This document shows, piece after piece, positions 10,626 through 20,269 of a stretch of DNA of 64,000 bases; the stretch's first letter is position 1, and each line of letters begins with the position of its first letter. This DNA comes from Nitrospinales bacterium (GTDB lineage Bacteria; Nitrospinota; Nitrospinia; Nitrospinales; VA-1), in the NCBI GenBank assembly GCA_965223795.1, contig CBDCXL010000002.1, forward strand, positions 1,472,001 through 1,536,000, written 5' to 3'. Both the position numbers and the translations under genes were made by a program. The notes beneath the pieces are model-generated. The model saw nothing but the letters and a program-made list of their open reading frames with translations. It was not told the DNA's origin and searched no databases.

Positions 10626-11669
10626 CGATAATCTCGATCATTTTGGACAGCCTTCCCGCATGGCTATAATCGCTTTTCAGGCAACGCTCCCGCCCTTGAC
10701 TTGCGACGGCTCTTCGCCTTTTGTCATTTTTTAAATAAAATTTCACTTTTCTGAGCAGCTCTTGCGGATCATCCACATCGAAAAACTCGGCCTCTTCTCC
10801 TTCCTGGAAAAGCTGTGCGTGCTCGCCGGTTCGCTCGGCCAGCATGAAAGCGCCGCAGGCAGGGATTTCAAAGGTCCTTGCGGTGTGAAGGTCCCGATTC
10901 AGCTTTCTCAGGAAACAGAGGTTGATTTTTGTCGTGCAAATGGCCTTGATGAATTCATCTTTATAGATGGCACGATTTTCCACCTTGAGATTGGGGTGAA
11001 GTCCGACGGCCTTTTGCCAGCGATCTCCCCAAACACGCACCGAAACTCCGCTTTCAGCCAGAAACAGAACTTTTTCGAAGCGGTCCTTCTCGAACGTTCC
11101 AATGAATCCCACATCGGCGCCATATCGGGCCCGGTCGCCATCGTCGACGGGCTGCGGCCGGTGCACCTTGGGATCGAAAGAATTTGCCACGAAAACCACT
11201 TTCCTGGCGCCCAGTGCGGGCAATTCGTTTTCATGGCAGTTATAACTTTTGGTCGTGAAAACGTAATCGTAGAAAGGCAGGCATTGCCGGTAAAACAGGG
11301 ACTGGTTGTGGCGGGCGAACATGTCGTCCTCGGAATATTGAATCAGTTTGATTTCCGGATGCTCTGATTTGATCGCCTGAAAGGTTTCTTTTTTCAGGGT
11401 GAGTCCCTTTTCCACCCACACCCAATCCGCTTTTTGTTTCCTCAAGGCGTCGGCCAACCTGCTGTTGATACGGGTTTCATCGAGAGGCCTTCCCAGACTG
11501 CCCATCATTCTGAAAAACTTTCTCAATCTGGGCCGCTTGCCGTTCGCCCCTTCCTGACCGGGACCCAGGAAAGACCCGTGACCTGCATTCCCATCTGGGA
11601 AAAGGTTTCGAAACGCTGAAAGCTGCGGCAGCGGTCGTTGAGATCTCCGACAAACAGGATGCGCTTCAT
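10573..11669 (-). pseudogene. CgeB-like glycosyltransferase with a one-base frameshift near 11550
   Basis: The ATG at 11669 (ATGA-coupled) gives MKRILFVGDLND...GPD*. The body (DVGFIGTFE, RTFEIPACGAFMLAE) continues in another frame. Confidence 0.75.
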
Positions 11670-12853
11670 CGTGACAGTTTCCGTATGGCCTGCTTGAGAC
11701 CGCGAAGGTTTTCGGAAAAATTCCAGGCGTTGATGATCTTCAGGCTCTCTTGCCCCATTTTTTTTGATTTTTCCGGATCGAATACGATCTCCTCGAGAGC
11801 CGATTCAAGAGCGTCGATGTCGCGGTTGGGCACCACGAATCCGTTTTCTTCCGGCCGCACCAGGTCCGGCGCGCAGCCGACCCCATCGCCCACGATCACC
11901 GATTTTCCTGCATTCATCGCTTCGTTCACAACCAGCCCCCAGGACTCATACGATGAGGTCAGCACAAACACATCACAGAGATCGAAAAACAACGGCAGTT
12001 TCGCCTGCGGCTGAAACCCGAGGAAGCGGATGGAGTTCCATCCGGTTCGTTGCGCTTTTGCTTCCAGCCGGGCGCGCTCTTCGCCATTGCCGACGAACAG
12101 CAAATAGGGGTACGGTTCCTGTTTTTTTCCGTTTGCCAACCGGATGTACGCTTCCAGCAGATCCATGGCGTTTTTCTGCGCCGTCATCTTGCTGGCGTAC
12201 AGGATCACCGGCCGGCCCTCTTCCAGGTCCAGGGACTTTCGAAACGCCTGACGGTCGGCCCGGTTTTTCTCGATGATGGATTGAAAATAGGCATTGTCCA
12301 CCGCATAGGGCATGTGAAAAATTTCTTCTTCCCGTGCGCCGTAATGGAGGTAGTAATTTCTGTTCAGGCTTCCGGCGCTCAAAAACCCGTCGCATCGCCG
12401 GAACAGTTTCGGCAGCAGGTGATTTTTCGCCCACAGTTTCAACTTCCCACGCGGGTGACTGAACAGATTCGAATCGCCGCGCATCAGCACTTTGATTCCC
12501 AGCTTTTTTGCCAGGTGGATCGCCTGAATGCACACTTTATGCGCATAGCCATGGACCCATAAAAAATCAAATTCACCTTTTTTAAGCCTGGATTCCAGCC
12601 CGACGCTCCACGGCCGCACAAACGAGACCCGCTGCCGCCCGCCCAGACTGGGAAGGAACTCATGGTCGTACCCCTCCAGAAGGGGCACGTCCCATTCGAT
12701 TTTCTGGCCGAATCCTGGATCCATGTATCCTGTGATGGATTTATCGCTCAGGAAAAAAGCCTTCAATTGAATCTCTTCATCCTGATTGAGATACTTCAAT
12801 AAGGGAGCCTGATATTGAATGGGATGGCTCACCAGATAGGCGATCTTGGTCAT
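11666..12853 (-). CDS. Glycosyltransferase family 4
   Basis: SHPIQYQAP, ESWGLVVNEAMNAG. Confidence 0.9.
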   Translation of the reverse strand: MTKIAYLVSHPIQYQAPLLKYLNQDEEIQLKAFFLSDKSITGYMDPGFGQKIEWDVPLLEGYDHEFLPSLGGRQRVSFVRPWSVGLESRLKKGEFDFLWVHGYAHKVCIQAIHLAKKLGIKVLMRGDSNLFSHPRGKLKLWAKNHLLPKLFRRCDGFLSAGSLNRNYYLHYGAREEEIFHMPYAVDNAYFQSIIEKNRADRQAFRKSLDLEEGRPVILYASKMTAQKNAMDLLEAYIRLANGKKQEPYPYLLFVGNGEERARLEAKAQRTGWNSIRFLGFQPQAKLPLFFDLCDVFVLTSSYESWGLVVNEAMNAGKSVIVGDGVGCAPDLVRPEENGFVVPNRDIDALESALEEIVFDPEKSKKMGQESLKIINAWNFSENLRGLKQAIRKLSR

Positions 12854-12867
12854 GATTTTTTCTAAAT

Positions 12868-14046
12868 TTAATTGAAAAAGTGTTGCATGCGCTCAAGGAT
12901 CAACGGATCGATGACGTTGCGGCTGAACCGGTTTTCCACCGTCGATCGCGCATTGTGCGCCAGCTTTTTTCTTTTCTCCTGGTTTTGCACGAGTCCGGTG
13001 ATTTTTTCAGCCATCGCCTCGGGATTCGAGTCCACCACGAATCCATTTTCACCGTTCTCCACATAGCTCAACGGCCCGCCGCAGCGGGTCGTCACCACGG
13101 GTGTTCCACACGCCATGGCTTCCAGCCCCGAAATGCACAAGCCCTCCTGATGCGACGGAATCACGAATATGGAAAAGGACTGGTAGGCCTGAATGATTTC
13201 CTCAAGGCTCAGTTGGGAGTGGCAGCGCACCGCGTCGCGCATGCGGTTTTTCTCGATGTATTCCTTAATGTCCCGGCTTGGCGGCCGCCCGATCAGGTTC
13301 AACTGAATGTCCAGGTTGTTCCTGCGGCAGATCTGTACCGCGTCTATCAGCAGCGTGATGTTTTTCCTGGGATCGCTGTATCTTCCAATGAAGCCGATTT
13401 GATTTTTTCGAACATTATCCGGGCTGGGTTTGAACAACTCTGTGTCGACAGGGATCCCCAGGGGATTTTGCAGGTTTTCCCTGGAGGTCATCGGCATCAA
13501 TTTATCGTGAACATAGCGCGTGGTGGGAATGATGTTTCCCGATTGCAGGATCTTCTTTTCCAGATAGCGACACACGCGGGAGTTGAACACGCCGTCCACC
13601 CACCTTCGCACAATCGGGAAATTGGCTCTCACCCTGTCCAGCCGGTCTTCCGAATAGGGCGTGCCGATCCAGGCCAGAAACGATTTTTTTTCGAGACAGA
13701 ACGGCAGCGCGGCCAAAGCGCTGCCCGAGACCGCGAGGCAATGATCGTGAGTTTCGATCAGTTGTTTCCAATTGCGCGTGGGCCAATAGTGGGTGAATTC
13801 CAGTTCCGGCAGCCAGCATCCCATTTCATAGACATAGAATCCATCCTGTTCGTACTCGTTGAGACCGATGGTCTGCCTGCCGAGCTTCCAGGCAGGGACG
13901 GACATCTGCGGAGACTGGCTGTACGGTTTGTAGTAGGCCACGGACACGTCGAACCCGTTTTTCCTGAGCAATGCAATCACGTAGCGCGCATGGCTGGCTA
14001 CGCCGCCGCCGGACAATGGAAGTGTGGACAGAAGTACTTTTTTCAT
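12868..14046 (-). CDS. Glycosyltransferase family 4
   Basis: PSHQEGLCISGLEAMACGTPVV. Confidence 0.9.
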   Translation of the reverse strand: MKKVLLSTLPLSGGGVASHARYVIALLRKNGFDVSVAYYKPYSQSPQMSVPAWKLGRQTIGLNEYEQDGFYVYEMGCWLPELEFTHYWPTRNWKQLIETHDHCLAVSGSALAALPFCLEKKSFLAWIGTPYSEDRLDRVRANFPIVRRWVDGVFNSRVCRYLEKKILQSGNIIPTTRYVHDKLMPMTSRENLQNPLGIPVDTELFKPSPDNVRKNQIGFIGRYSDPRKNITLLIDAVQICRRNNLDIQLNLIGRPPSRDIKEYIEKNRMRDAVRCHSQLSLEEIIQAYQSFSIFVIPSHQEGLCISGLEAMACGTPVVTTRCGGPLSYVENGENGFVVDSNPEAMAEKITGLVQNQEKRKKLAHNARSTVENRFSRNVIDPLILERMQHFFN

Positions 14047-14050
14047 CGGC

Positions 14051-15508
14051 TCAGGCCTCGCTCGATTTCACTTGGGAAACAGCGATGCACACACGGATCA
14101 AGATATATAAAAATACCGCGACCTGTATGGTGTTGCCGAACAACAGGGAAAAATTGGACTCCTGGTTGATCAGCCGGAACAGAACGGTGGTCCCCAGGAT
14201 GAATTCCAGAAAAGACATTTCATTGCGGTTGAACTTCATTTCCAAAAATGCGAACAGGAATCCGAGCAGACCCATCCCCACCAGCACCCCCCAGGTGCCG
14301 AAATTGGCATACATCTCAATCAGCCAGGGAAGGTTGACCGATGTGGTCGTGTCTGTGGGCTGAATGAAACCGTAGCGGTGGCCGAAGTGCCCGCCGATCA
14401 CTTCCAGGGGTTTGTCCGGCCAGATGGCCCGGGGGATCACTTTTGAGAGCAGCGGTTTGTAGGTTTCCCCTTCCCAGTAAGGAACCGTTTCGGGTGTGCG
14501 GTCGACGATCGCTGAAAACAAAACAGCATAAGCGATCCGGCTCATGGGAGAACGCTTGAACGCCTTATCCCGGTTTTGCGGTTCTGTGTACAAGACGTAA
14601 TTCAGATCCCAGAATAATTTGGCTTTTTCCACCAGATTCAATTGAGACATACCACCCGACTGCCACGTGAGATTTCTGTATTCTCCTTTCGCGGGGATGA
14701 AGAACAGATAGGAAAAGACGATGAAAAAAGCGAATGTGATCGAAATCTTTCGCTTTTCATACCAATGCATGAGAGACAGAAACAACACGAGCAGCATGAC
14801 CTGCGACAACAATCCCGATGTCAGCCGGTATAAAATGTCGAAGGGAATGACGCCACACAAAAAGATGGCCTTATGAAATCCGTTCAAATAGCCTCGGCAA
14901 AACAAAACGAAAAAGATGCCATAGCCGAAATACACGACCGGCTCGAGGAGCTGGTTCAGCGACGGGATGTCCTTGAGGCCGGGAAAAAGAAAAATGGCGA
15001 TTCTTGTGGACAGCAGCAACCAGGACAGCCAGATGAAGAAATTCAAGGGCACGGCTCGCGGCAGCCTCACAGGCGTGACCGCCCGCCAAAGGGAACGCTT
15101 GGATGCGTAAAAGGAAGCGTAAAGACAGATCAACCCGGCGATCACCAATACCAGCGCTTTGTGGTTGAGCCCGGAAATACGCCAGACCACAACGCCTTCA
15201 AAAAAATTGGACACGCCATACGAAACCGCGTAAAAGATGCCCACCAGCGGCATGAACGGCATGGGTGGCGCGTCGGCATCGAGCAGGTACTGAAAGCTCG
15301 GCACCAGCCCCAGCCAGATAATCGCCAGTGACAAGAGGATCTCTTCTCCACTCAAGGGATTCGGAAGAATCCACACCAGATAAATGCTGAGCCCGATTGC
15401 GCTGAACAGCAAAAACCAGGCGAGGCCGGTATTTTTCTGCCCTTGACCGTCCTCTGCTTCCAGGTCATACGGAGTGTGGGCGGATTCGATTTTTCCCTGA
15501 AGGATCAT
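14051..15508 (-). CDS. Polytopic membrane protein, probable Wzy polysaccharide polymerase
   Basis: About 11 hydrophobic segments, a large loop, IPRAIWPDKP and EMYANFG motifs; position within the locus. Confidence 0.7.
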   Translation of the reverse strand: MILQGKIESAHTPYDLEAEDGQGQKNTGLAWFLLFSAIGLSIYLVWILPNPLSGEEILLSLAIIWLGLVPSFQYLLDADAPPMPFMPLVGIFYAVSYGVSNFFEGVVVWRISGLNHKALVLVIAGLICLYASFYASKRSLWRAVTPVRLPRAVPLNFFIWLSWLLLSTRIAIFLFPGLKDIPSLNQLLEPVVYFGYGIFFVLFCRGYLNGFHKAIFLCGVIPFDILYRLTSGLLSQVMLLVLFLSLMHWYEKRKISITFAFFIVFSYLFFIPAKGEYRNLTWQSGGMSQLNLVEKAKLFWDLNYVLYTEPQNRDKAFKRSPMSRIAYAVLFSAIVDRTPETVPYWEGETYKPLLSKVIPRAIWPDKPLEVIGGHFGHRYGFIQPTDTTTSVNLPWLIEMYANFGTWGVLVGMGLLGFLFAFLEMKFNRNEMSFLEFILGTTVLFRLINQESNFSLLFGNTIQVAVFLYILIRVCIAVSQVKSSEA

Positions 15509-15567
15509 ATTAAAATATAAGTTTTAGAACGGTCGTTCATTCAACGGCAAGCGCTCAAGAAGCGCGT

Positions 15568-16728
15568 TCATTCGAATCTGCGTTGCAGGATATTCTTATA
15601 CGCACCGACCAGTTTCATCCCGTACACATCCCAGGAATGCTCATTGTTGGTGCGTGTGAGCGCGGCCTGCGCCATATCCCGGTTTTTTTCCGGGTTTTCG
15701 TATAAAAAAAGGATTTTCTCTTTCAACGCCTGCACATCCTTAGCGGGGATGACATACCCTTCCACGCCATCCCGCAGCAGATCCTCCCCGCCTGTATTGT
15801 GCGTGCAGATCACGGGCAGGCCGCAGGCCATCGCCTGCGCAATGACCATGGCCAACCCTTCCTGAATCGACGCCAGACAAAAAACGGAACCCTGGGAATA
15901 CAGCTCTTTCAACCGGTTCTGCGGATAGGTTCCCTTCACATGGATGCGGGGGTCGCCGTATTTTTTCAAATAAGGTGTCATCTCTTCCTGAACCGGACCG
16001 ATCAACCACAGCTCCGCGTTTTTCAGACTCAATTCGTGAAACGCCTGAATCAGATAATGCACCCCCTTCTGCAGACTGAGGGAACCGCAGTGAATGACAC
16101 GAAATGTGTTGTCGTTTTTTTCCAATGGAAAGAAATCGATGAGATTCACGCCATAAGGCGTGTGGATCAATTTGTTTTCCGGAACACCGTGGTCGACAAA
16201 GGTTTTCTTGACAAACCGGCTGGGAATCGAAATGCAGTCCGCTTCCTCGTATTCCCTCATTTCCTTTTCGATCACTTTGGGATGCGGCAGCCTCGGCGAC
16301 AAGCCGCAGTGCTGGTATTCTTCTTTCAGGATTTTGTCCTGAAACAGAATGTGCGTGGAGCCCCGCTCCAGAACAGTCAGGACTTTACGCTCCCGGGCCT
16401 TTCTCATCGAATGCAGCGACTGGCTCGACCAGCCCACGAAAATATCCTCCTCCCCCGTGATGTATTTTGCCGCCAGCCGGTCGAACCGCTCGCTGAACCA
16501 GTATTGCAGGTTGAAGCTCAAGCCAAGCGCTTTTGACACCCGCCGCCACCCTCTCCGCAGCACTTCGTTGCTCATGATGGAAGTGATCTTGTCATTCGGA
16601 ATCGCCCACTCCCGCGCCTTGAACTTGGGATAGGTCGTGATCAGCCGGTTGAGATGACCGTGCCTCTGCAACTGAGACGCGAGGTCGAACGCGTGGAACC
16701 TGCCTCCTACAGACACCGACACTTTCAT
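15568..16728 (-). CDS. Glycosyltransferase family 4
   Basis: MKVSVSVGGRFHAFDLA, EGLAMVIAQAMACGLPVI; ATGA overlap. Confidence 0.9.
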   Translation of the reverse strand: MKVSVSVGGRFHAFDLASQLQRHGHLNRLITTYPKFKAREWAIPNDKITSIMSNEVLRRGWRRVSKALGLSFNLQYWFSERFDRLAAKYITGEEDIFVGWSSQSLHSMRKARERKVLTVLERGSTHILFQDKILKEEYQHCGLSPRLPHPKVIEKEMREYEEADCISIPSRFVKKTFVDHGVPENKLIHTPYGVNLIDFFPLEKNDNTFRVIHCGSLSLQKGVHYLIQAFHELSLKNAELWLIGPVQEEMTPYLKKYGDPRIHVKGTYPQNRLKELYSQGSVFCLASIQEGLAMVIAQAMACGLPVICTHNTGGEDLLRDGVEGYVIPAKDVQALKEKILFLYENPEKNRDMAQAALTRTNNEHSWDVYGMKLVGAYKNILQRRFE

Positions 16729-17444
16729 CCCTTGACTCCCAGCAAAGCGAGATGGCCGGCCGATCGATACAGGTTTGCACCCGCGTTTTTGGTATTCAAA
16801 AAATGCACGGTTTCGCACTGACGTTGTATCTGCTTTAGGTTATTGAAAAGGGAATACGAGTAATAAAGGCCGTCTCCTTCCGAAAACTTGTACCCCTTCC
16901 CTCTGGTCTGAATGAAGTTGAACAATTTCCAGAGACCCAATTTATCGATGCCCTGCTTCAACGAACGGGCAAATAAAGAACCCTGGCCGAAGTTGTTGCA
17001 GTCTGACAGAAAGATCGTTTTTTTGGCGACGCGCAGCATTTCCGCCACCACCCGATCCGGATTTTTCACGTGATGCAGCATCCCGAATTCGCACACCAGG
17101 TCGAACGCAGCATCGGGAAATTGCAAATCCGTTCCGTTCCCGGCAACCAGAATCTCGCTCCCCAGACCGCGGCGGTGCCCTTCCTCTCTCAATTCCTGAA
17201 CCGGCTCCACGCCCAGCACATCGAGGTCCGGCCTTTGGTTCTTGAAAAAGAGCAGCGCCCTTCCTGTTCCGGCGCCGACATCGAGGATGGATCGGATTTT
17301 GAAATGATCGAGCATTCCCATGAGAAAGCTCAGGGCGATCTGGTGCTCGCTTTCCACCGACGCATGTGCCTGGTGATAGTCCTCAGCCGTCGTGGCGTAG
17401 TAGCTTGACTGGCGGTCTTCTTCCTTCATCGTTTTCATTTGCAT
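16725..17444 (-). CDS. Class I SAM-dependent methyltransferase
   Basis: ILDVGAGTGR, FDLVCEFGMLHHV; start at one of the ATGs at 17444/17438/17429. Confidence 0.88.
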   Translation of the reverse strand: MQMKTMKEEDRQSSYYATTAEDYHQAHASVESEHQIALSFLMGMLDHFKIRSILDVGAGTGRALLFFKNQRPDLDVLGVEPVQELREEGHRRGLGSEILVAGNGTDLQFPDAAFDLVCEFGMLHHVKNPDRVVAEMLRVAKKTIFLSDCNNFGQGSLFARSLKQGIDKLGLWKLFNFIQTRGKGYKFSEGDGLYYSYSLFNNLKQIQRQCETVHFLNTKNAGANLYRSAGHLALLGVKG

Positions 17445-17461
17445 CTCTTTTTCAACTGCGT

Positions 17462-19048
17462 TCAATTCGATGCCCCCAGACGCCACAATCGCTTCACAGG
17501 AAACAGCGGACTCAGAACCTTGCGGATGATTTCCTTGTCTCTGCCGTCGAACCAGAAACTCCAGGCCAGAATGTATCCCAGAGCCGCGACTGCCGCCGCC
17601 ATGAAGCCAAGCCGCAACACAAAATTCCCGAATACAGGCAATCCCCAAAGCCATGCGGCGCTCAAACCCAGGGCGATGAAAAGCAGCAGCCCTTTCAGAA
17701 AAACCTCTTTGCAGAATTTCCCGGCATCCTGACCGATGAGCGCGCACGCCTCGCGGGGTACGAACCAGGCCATCAGCAGGATTTCCGGAATACAGACACC
17801 CAGCGCCACACCCGGCAGGCCATAGCGTTCGATCCAAAGCCATGCCAGAAAAAGTCCCGCACAGGCCGAAAAGAACTGCACTTTCGCCAGCTGCTGATGG
17901 TGGTTAGTCGCTGAAAGAAAGATCGAGCTGTTGAGCCACATTCCCTGGATGATAAGATGGAGGAGAAACACGTCCAGCAGCCACTGATCGAATTCCAGTT
18001 TCCCCTGCGTCCACAGCGTGACAATGGCCTCACCGCCGAAATGAAAAAAAATCGCAAAGAAGAAACAAAGCAGCAACAGGGATTTCACGCCAAGCTGGTG
18101 GATGGCCCGCAAGGTGTCGTACCTGCCCTGCGATTCCAGGGCGGTGATGTCCGGCCAGAGCGCGTGATTGACCGCCGCCGCGCCCTGGCGGATGAAGTTT
18201 GTGAACGTTCTGAGCGTGGCGTACAGCACGACGCTTCCCGCCCCCACGACCGCGCCGATGAGGATGGAGGTGCCCTGAACGGTCAGCATCATGGAGACGG
18301 TCATCAAAAAAAACAGCAGGCTCGGCTGCAAAAAAGACAGGGCCAGTCCGTGATCCCGTTCACGAATCCCCAAATACACCCAGGGATGGCGCTTCTTCAA
18401 ATCGCAAACCACAAACAACGCCGCTCCGCACAAAGGCAGCAACTGCATGAGGGCGGTCACAGCCAGCTCACCCCCGGCCCAGACCGATCCGATGGTGACG
18501 CAATAAAAGAAAAGACGCTGGACATTGGCCACCATCACTCCACGGGGATACTCACCGATCGTGCGATAAATCCCCGCAATCAGACCCAGAGGGATCGACG
18601 CCACCACCTGCACGGCAAAAAACACGGCCACGCTGGCCGCCGTGAAATGATCCGTCACCGTGAATCCAAGCCAGCGCTCAACGGGAAACTGGAATGCGAA
18701 CACAGAGACCGAAAGGATCAATCCCAGAGACAGCGCCGTGCTCCAGAAAAACGCGCTGTGCAATACCCGCGTGAATTCGAGCCGCTGGCCCTGCGCGTGA
18801 CACTGATTCATGCGGTTGATGACGTAATGCTGCACGCCGACATCGACCAGCTTGAGATAGCCCACCGCCGCAAACAAAACCAGCCACTCGCCATAAAGCT
18901 CTTTGCCCCAGCAGATGAGGAACACAGGAATCACTGCCAGTTGACCGGCAGCGTGGATCAACTGGGTGAGCAGGTTGGCCAGCGTCCCTTTTGAAAAACG
19001 CCGGGTCAGCTCCAGCCGCTGTGTTGTTTCGGAAGCTACGTTGTTCAA
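17462..19048 (-). CDS. Wzx-type polysaccharide flippase
   Basis: Many TM segments; WGKELYGEWLVL...DVG pattern. Confidence 0.8.
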   Translation of the reverse strand: MNNVASETTQRLELTRRFSKGTLANLLTQLIHAAGQLAVIPVFLICWGKELYGEWLVLFAAVGYLKLVDVGVQHYVINRMNQCHAQGQRLEFTRVLHSAFFWSTALSLGLILSVSVFAFQFPVERWLGFTVTDHFTAASVAVFFAVQVVASIPLGLIAGIYRTIGEYPRGVMVANVQRLFFYCVTIGSVWAGGELAVTALMQLLPLCGAALFVVCDLKKRHPWVYLGIRERDHGLALSFLQPSLLFFLMTVSMMLTVQGTSILIGAVVGAGSVVLYATLRTFTNFIRQGAAAVNHALWPDITALESQGRYDTLRAIHQLGVKSLLLLCFFFAIFFHFGGEAIVTLWTQGKLEFDQWLLDVFLLHLIIQGMWLNSSIFLSATNHHQQLAKVQFFSACAGLFLAWLWIERYGLPGVALGVCIPEILLMAWFVPREACALIGQDAGKFCKEVFLKGLLLFIALGLSAAWLWGLPVFGNFVLRLGFMAAAVAALGYILAWSFWFDGRDKEIIRKVLSPLFPVKRLWRLGASN

Positions 19049-20217
19049 GCGCTTGCAATCTCCTTTTCAGCCCGGACCGCCATTCCCGCATGCAGCCCAC
19101 CGCTTGACTTTGCGTGCGGCCGCCGCAACGCATTGCCGGAAGAAATCAGGGTCTCGACGATCCTGCGGGATGCAAAACCGTCCCACAACTGAGGGCGGCT
19201 GTGATTCGGAATGCCGTTTTCCAGCACCCGGTTCGCCTCGCTCAGAATTTTTTTCTTATCAGGACCCACCAGCGTGCTGGTCCCCTCACTCAATGTGACG
19301 GGTCTTTCCGTGTTCATTCTCAGCGTGAGACAGGGCACGCCCAGGACCGTGGTTTCTTCCTGCATCCCGCCGGAATCGGTGAGAACCAATTTTGCGTTGG
19401 CCATGAGCTTGAGCGAATCGAAATAGGGCTTCGGAGGAAGCGTTCGCACCTTCGCCAAATGGCCGGCAAGCGAAAATTCGCGGATTCTCTTTTCCGTGCG
19501 CGGGTGCATGGCAAACACAACCGGAAGGGATTCCGCGATTTCGGACACCGCCTCCAGGATTCCCTTCAGAACATCCGGGTCGTCGACATTGCCGGGCCGG
19601 TGCAGGGTCATGAACGCGTATTGCCTCGCATCGAGTTCGAGATCCTCCAGGATGCGGCTCTCCGCTTCCGCATGGGTCCTGAATTTTTCCAGCGTGTCGA
19701 CCATCACATTGCCGACGAAATGAATTTTTTCCGGGTCGACTCCTTCGTGCAGCAGGTTTTTTTCCGCGGAGGATTCCGTGATGAACAGAAAATCCGCAAT
19801 GCGGTCGGTGAGGATGCGGTTGATCTCTTCCGGCATGCTGCGGTCGAACGAACGCAGACCGGCCTCCACATGGATCACGGCGATCCCCTTGTAGGCCGCC
19901 ACCAGCGCGCAGCCGATCGTCGAGTTCACATCGCCCACAACCAGCAGCGCGTCCGGCCGCTCCTGATCGACGATGGCCTCGGTCCGGCTGAGGATCTCCC
20001 CCACCTGCCGGGGATTGCTGCCCGAACCCACCTCCAGGTTGAAATGCGGCCGCGGAATCCGCAATTGCTCGAAGAACACCTTGTTCATGTTCACGTCGTA
20101 ATGCTGACCGGTGTGCAGCAGCTTCCAGGTGATCTGAGGGAACCGGTCCATCTCCGCCAGAATCGGAGCCATCTTGATGAAATTGGGCCGCGCTCCGACC
20201 ACGTTTAAAATTTTCAT
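19045..20217 (-). CDS. wecB: UDP-N-acetylglucosamine 2-epimerase (non-hydrolysing)
   Basis: VVGARPNFIK, HTGQHYD, HVEAGLRS, MPEEINR, TDSGGMQEE. Confidence 0.95.
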   Translation of the reverse strand: MKILNVVGARPNFIKMAPILAEMDRFPQITWKLLHTGQHYDVNMNKVFFEQLRIPRPHFNLEVGSGSNPRQVGEILSRTEAIVDQERPDALLVVGDVNSTIGCALVAAYKGIAVIHVEAGLRSFDRSMPEEINRILTDRIADFLFITESSAEKNLLHEGVDPEKIHFVGNVMVDTLEKFRTHAEAESRILEDLELDARQYAFMTLHRPGNVDDPDVLKGILEAVSEIAESLPVVFAMHPRTEKRIREFSLAGHLAKVRTLPPKPYFDSLKLMANAKLVLTDSGGMQEETTVLGVPCLTLRMNTERPVTLSEGTSTLVGPDKKKILSEANRVLENGIPNHSRPQLWDGFASRRIVETLISSGNALRRPHAKSSGGLHAGMAVRAEKEIASA

Positions 20218-20269
20218 GATTCTTCCTCTAAAGTGAATTCCCGCTTTCACGTCGAACGAACGCAGCCGC

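Noticed and set aside
16725..17843. 372-aa version of the methyltransferase, and similar N-terminal extensions of wecB, the GT4s and the priming transferase
   Set aside because: The extensions overlap upstream genes; downstream ATGs with an RBS or ATGA coupling fit better
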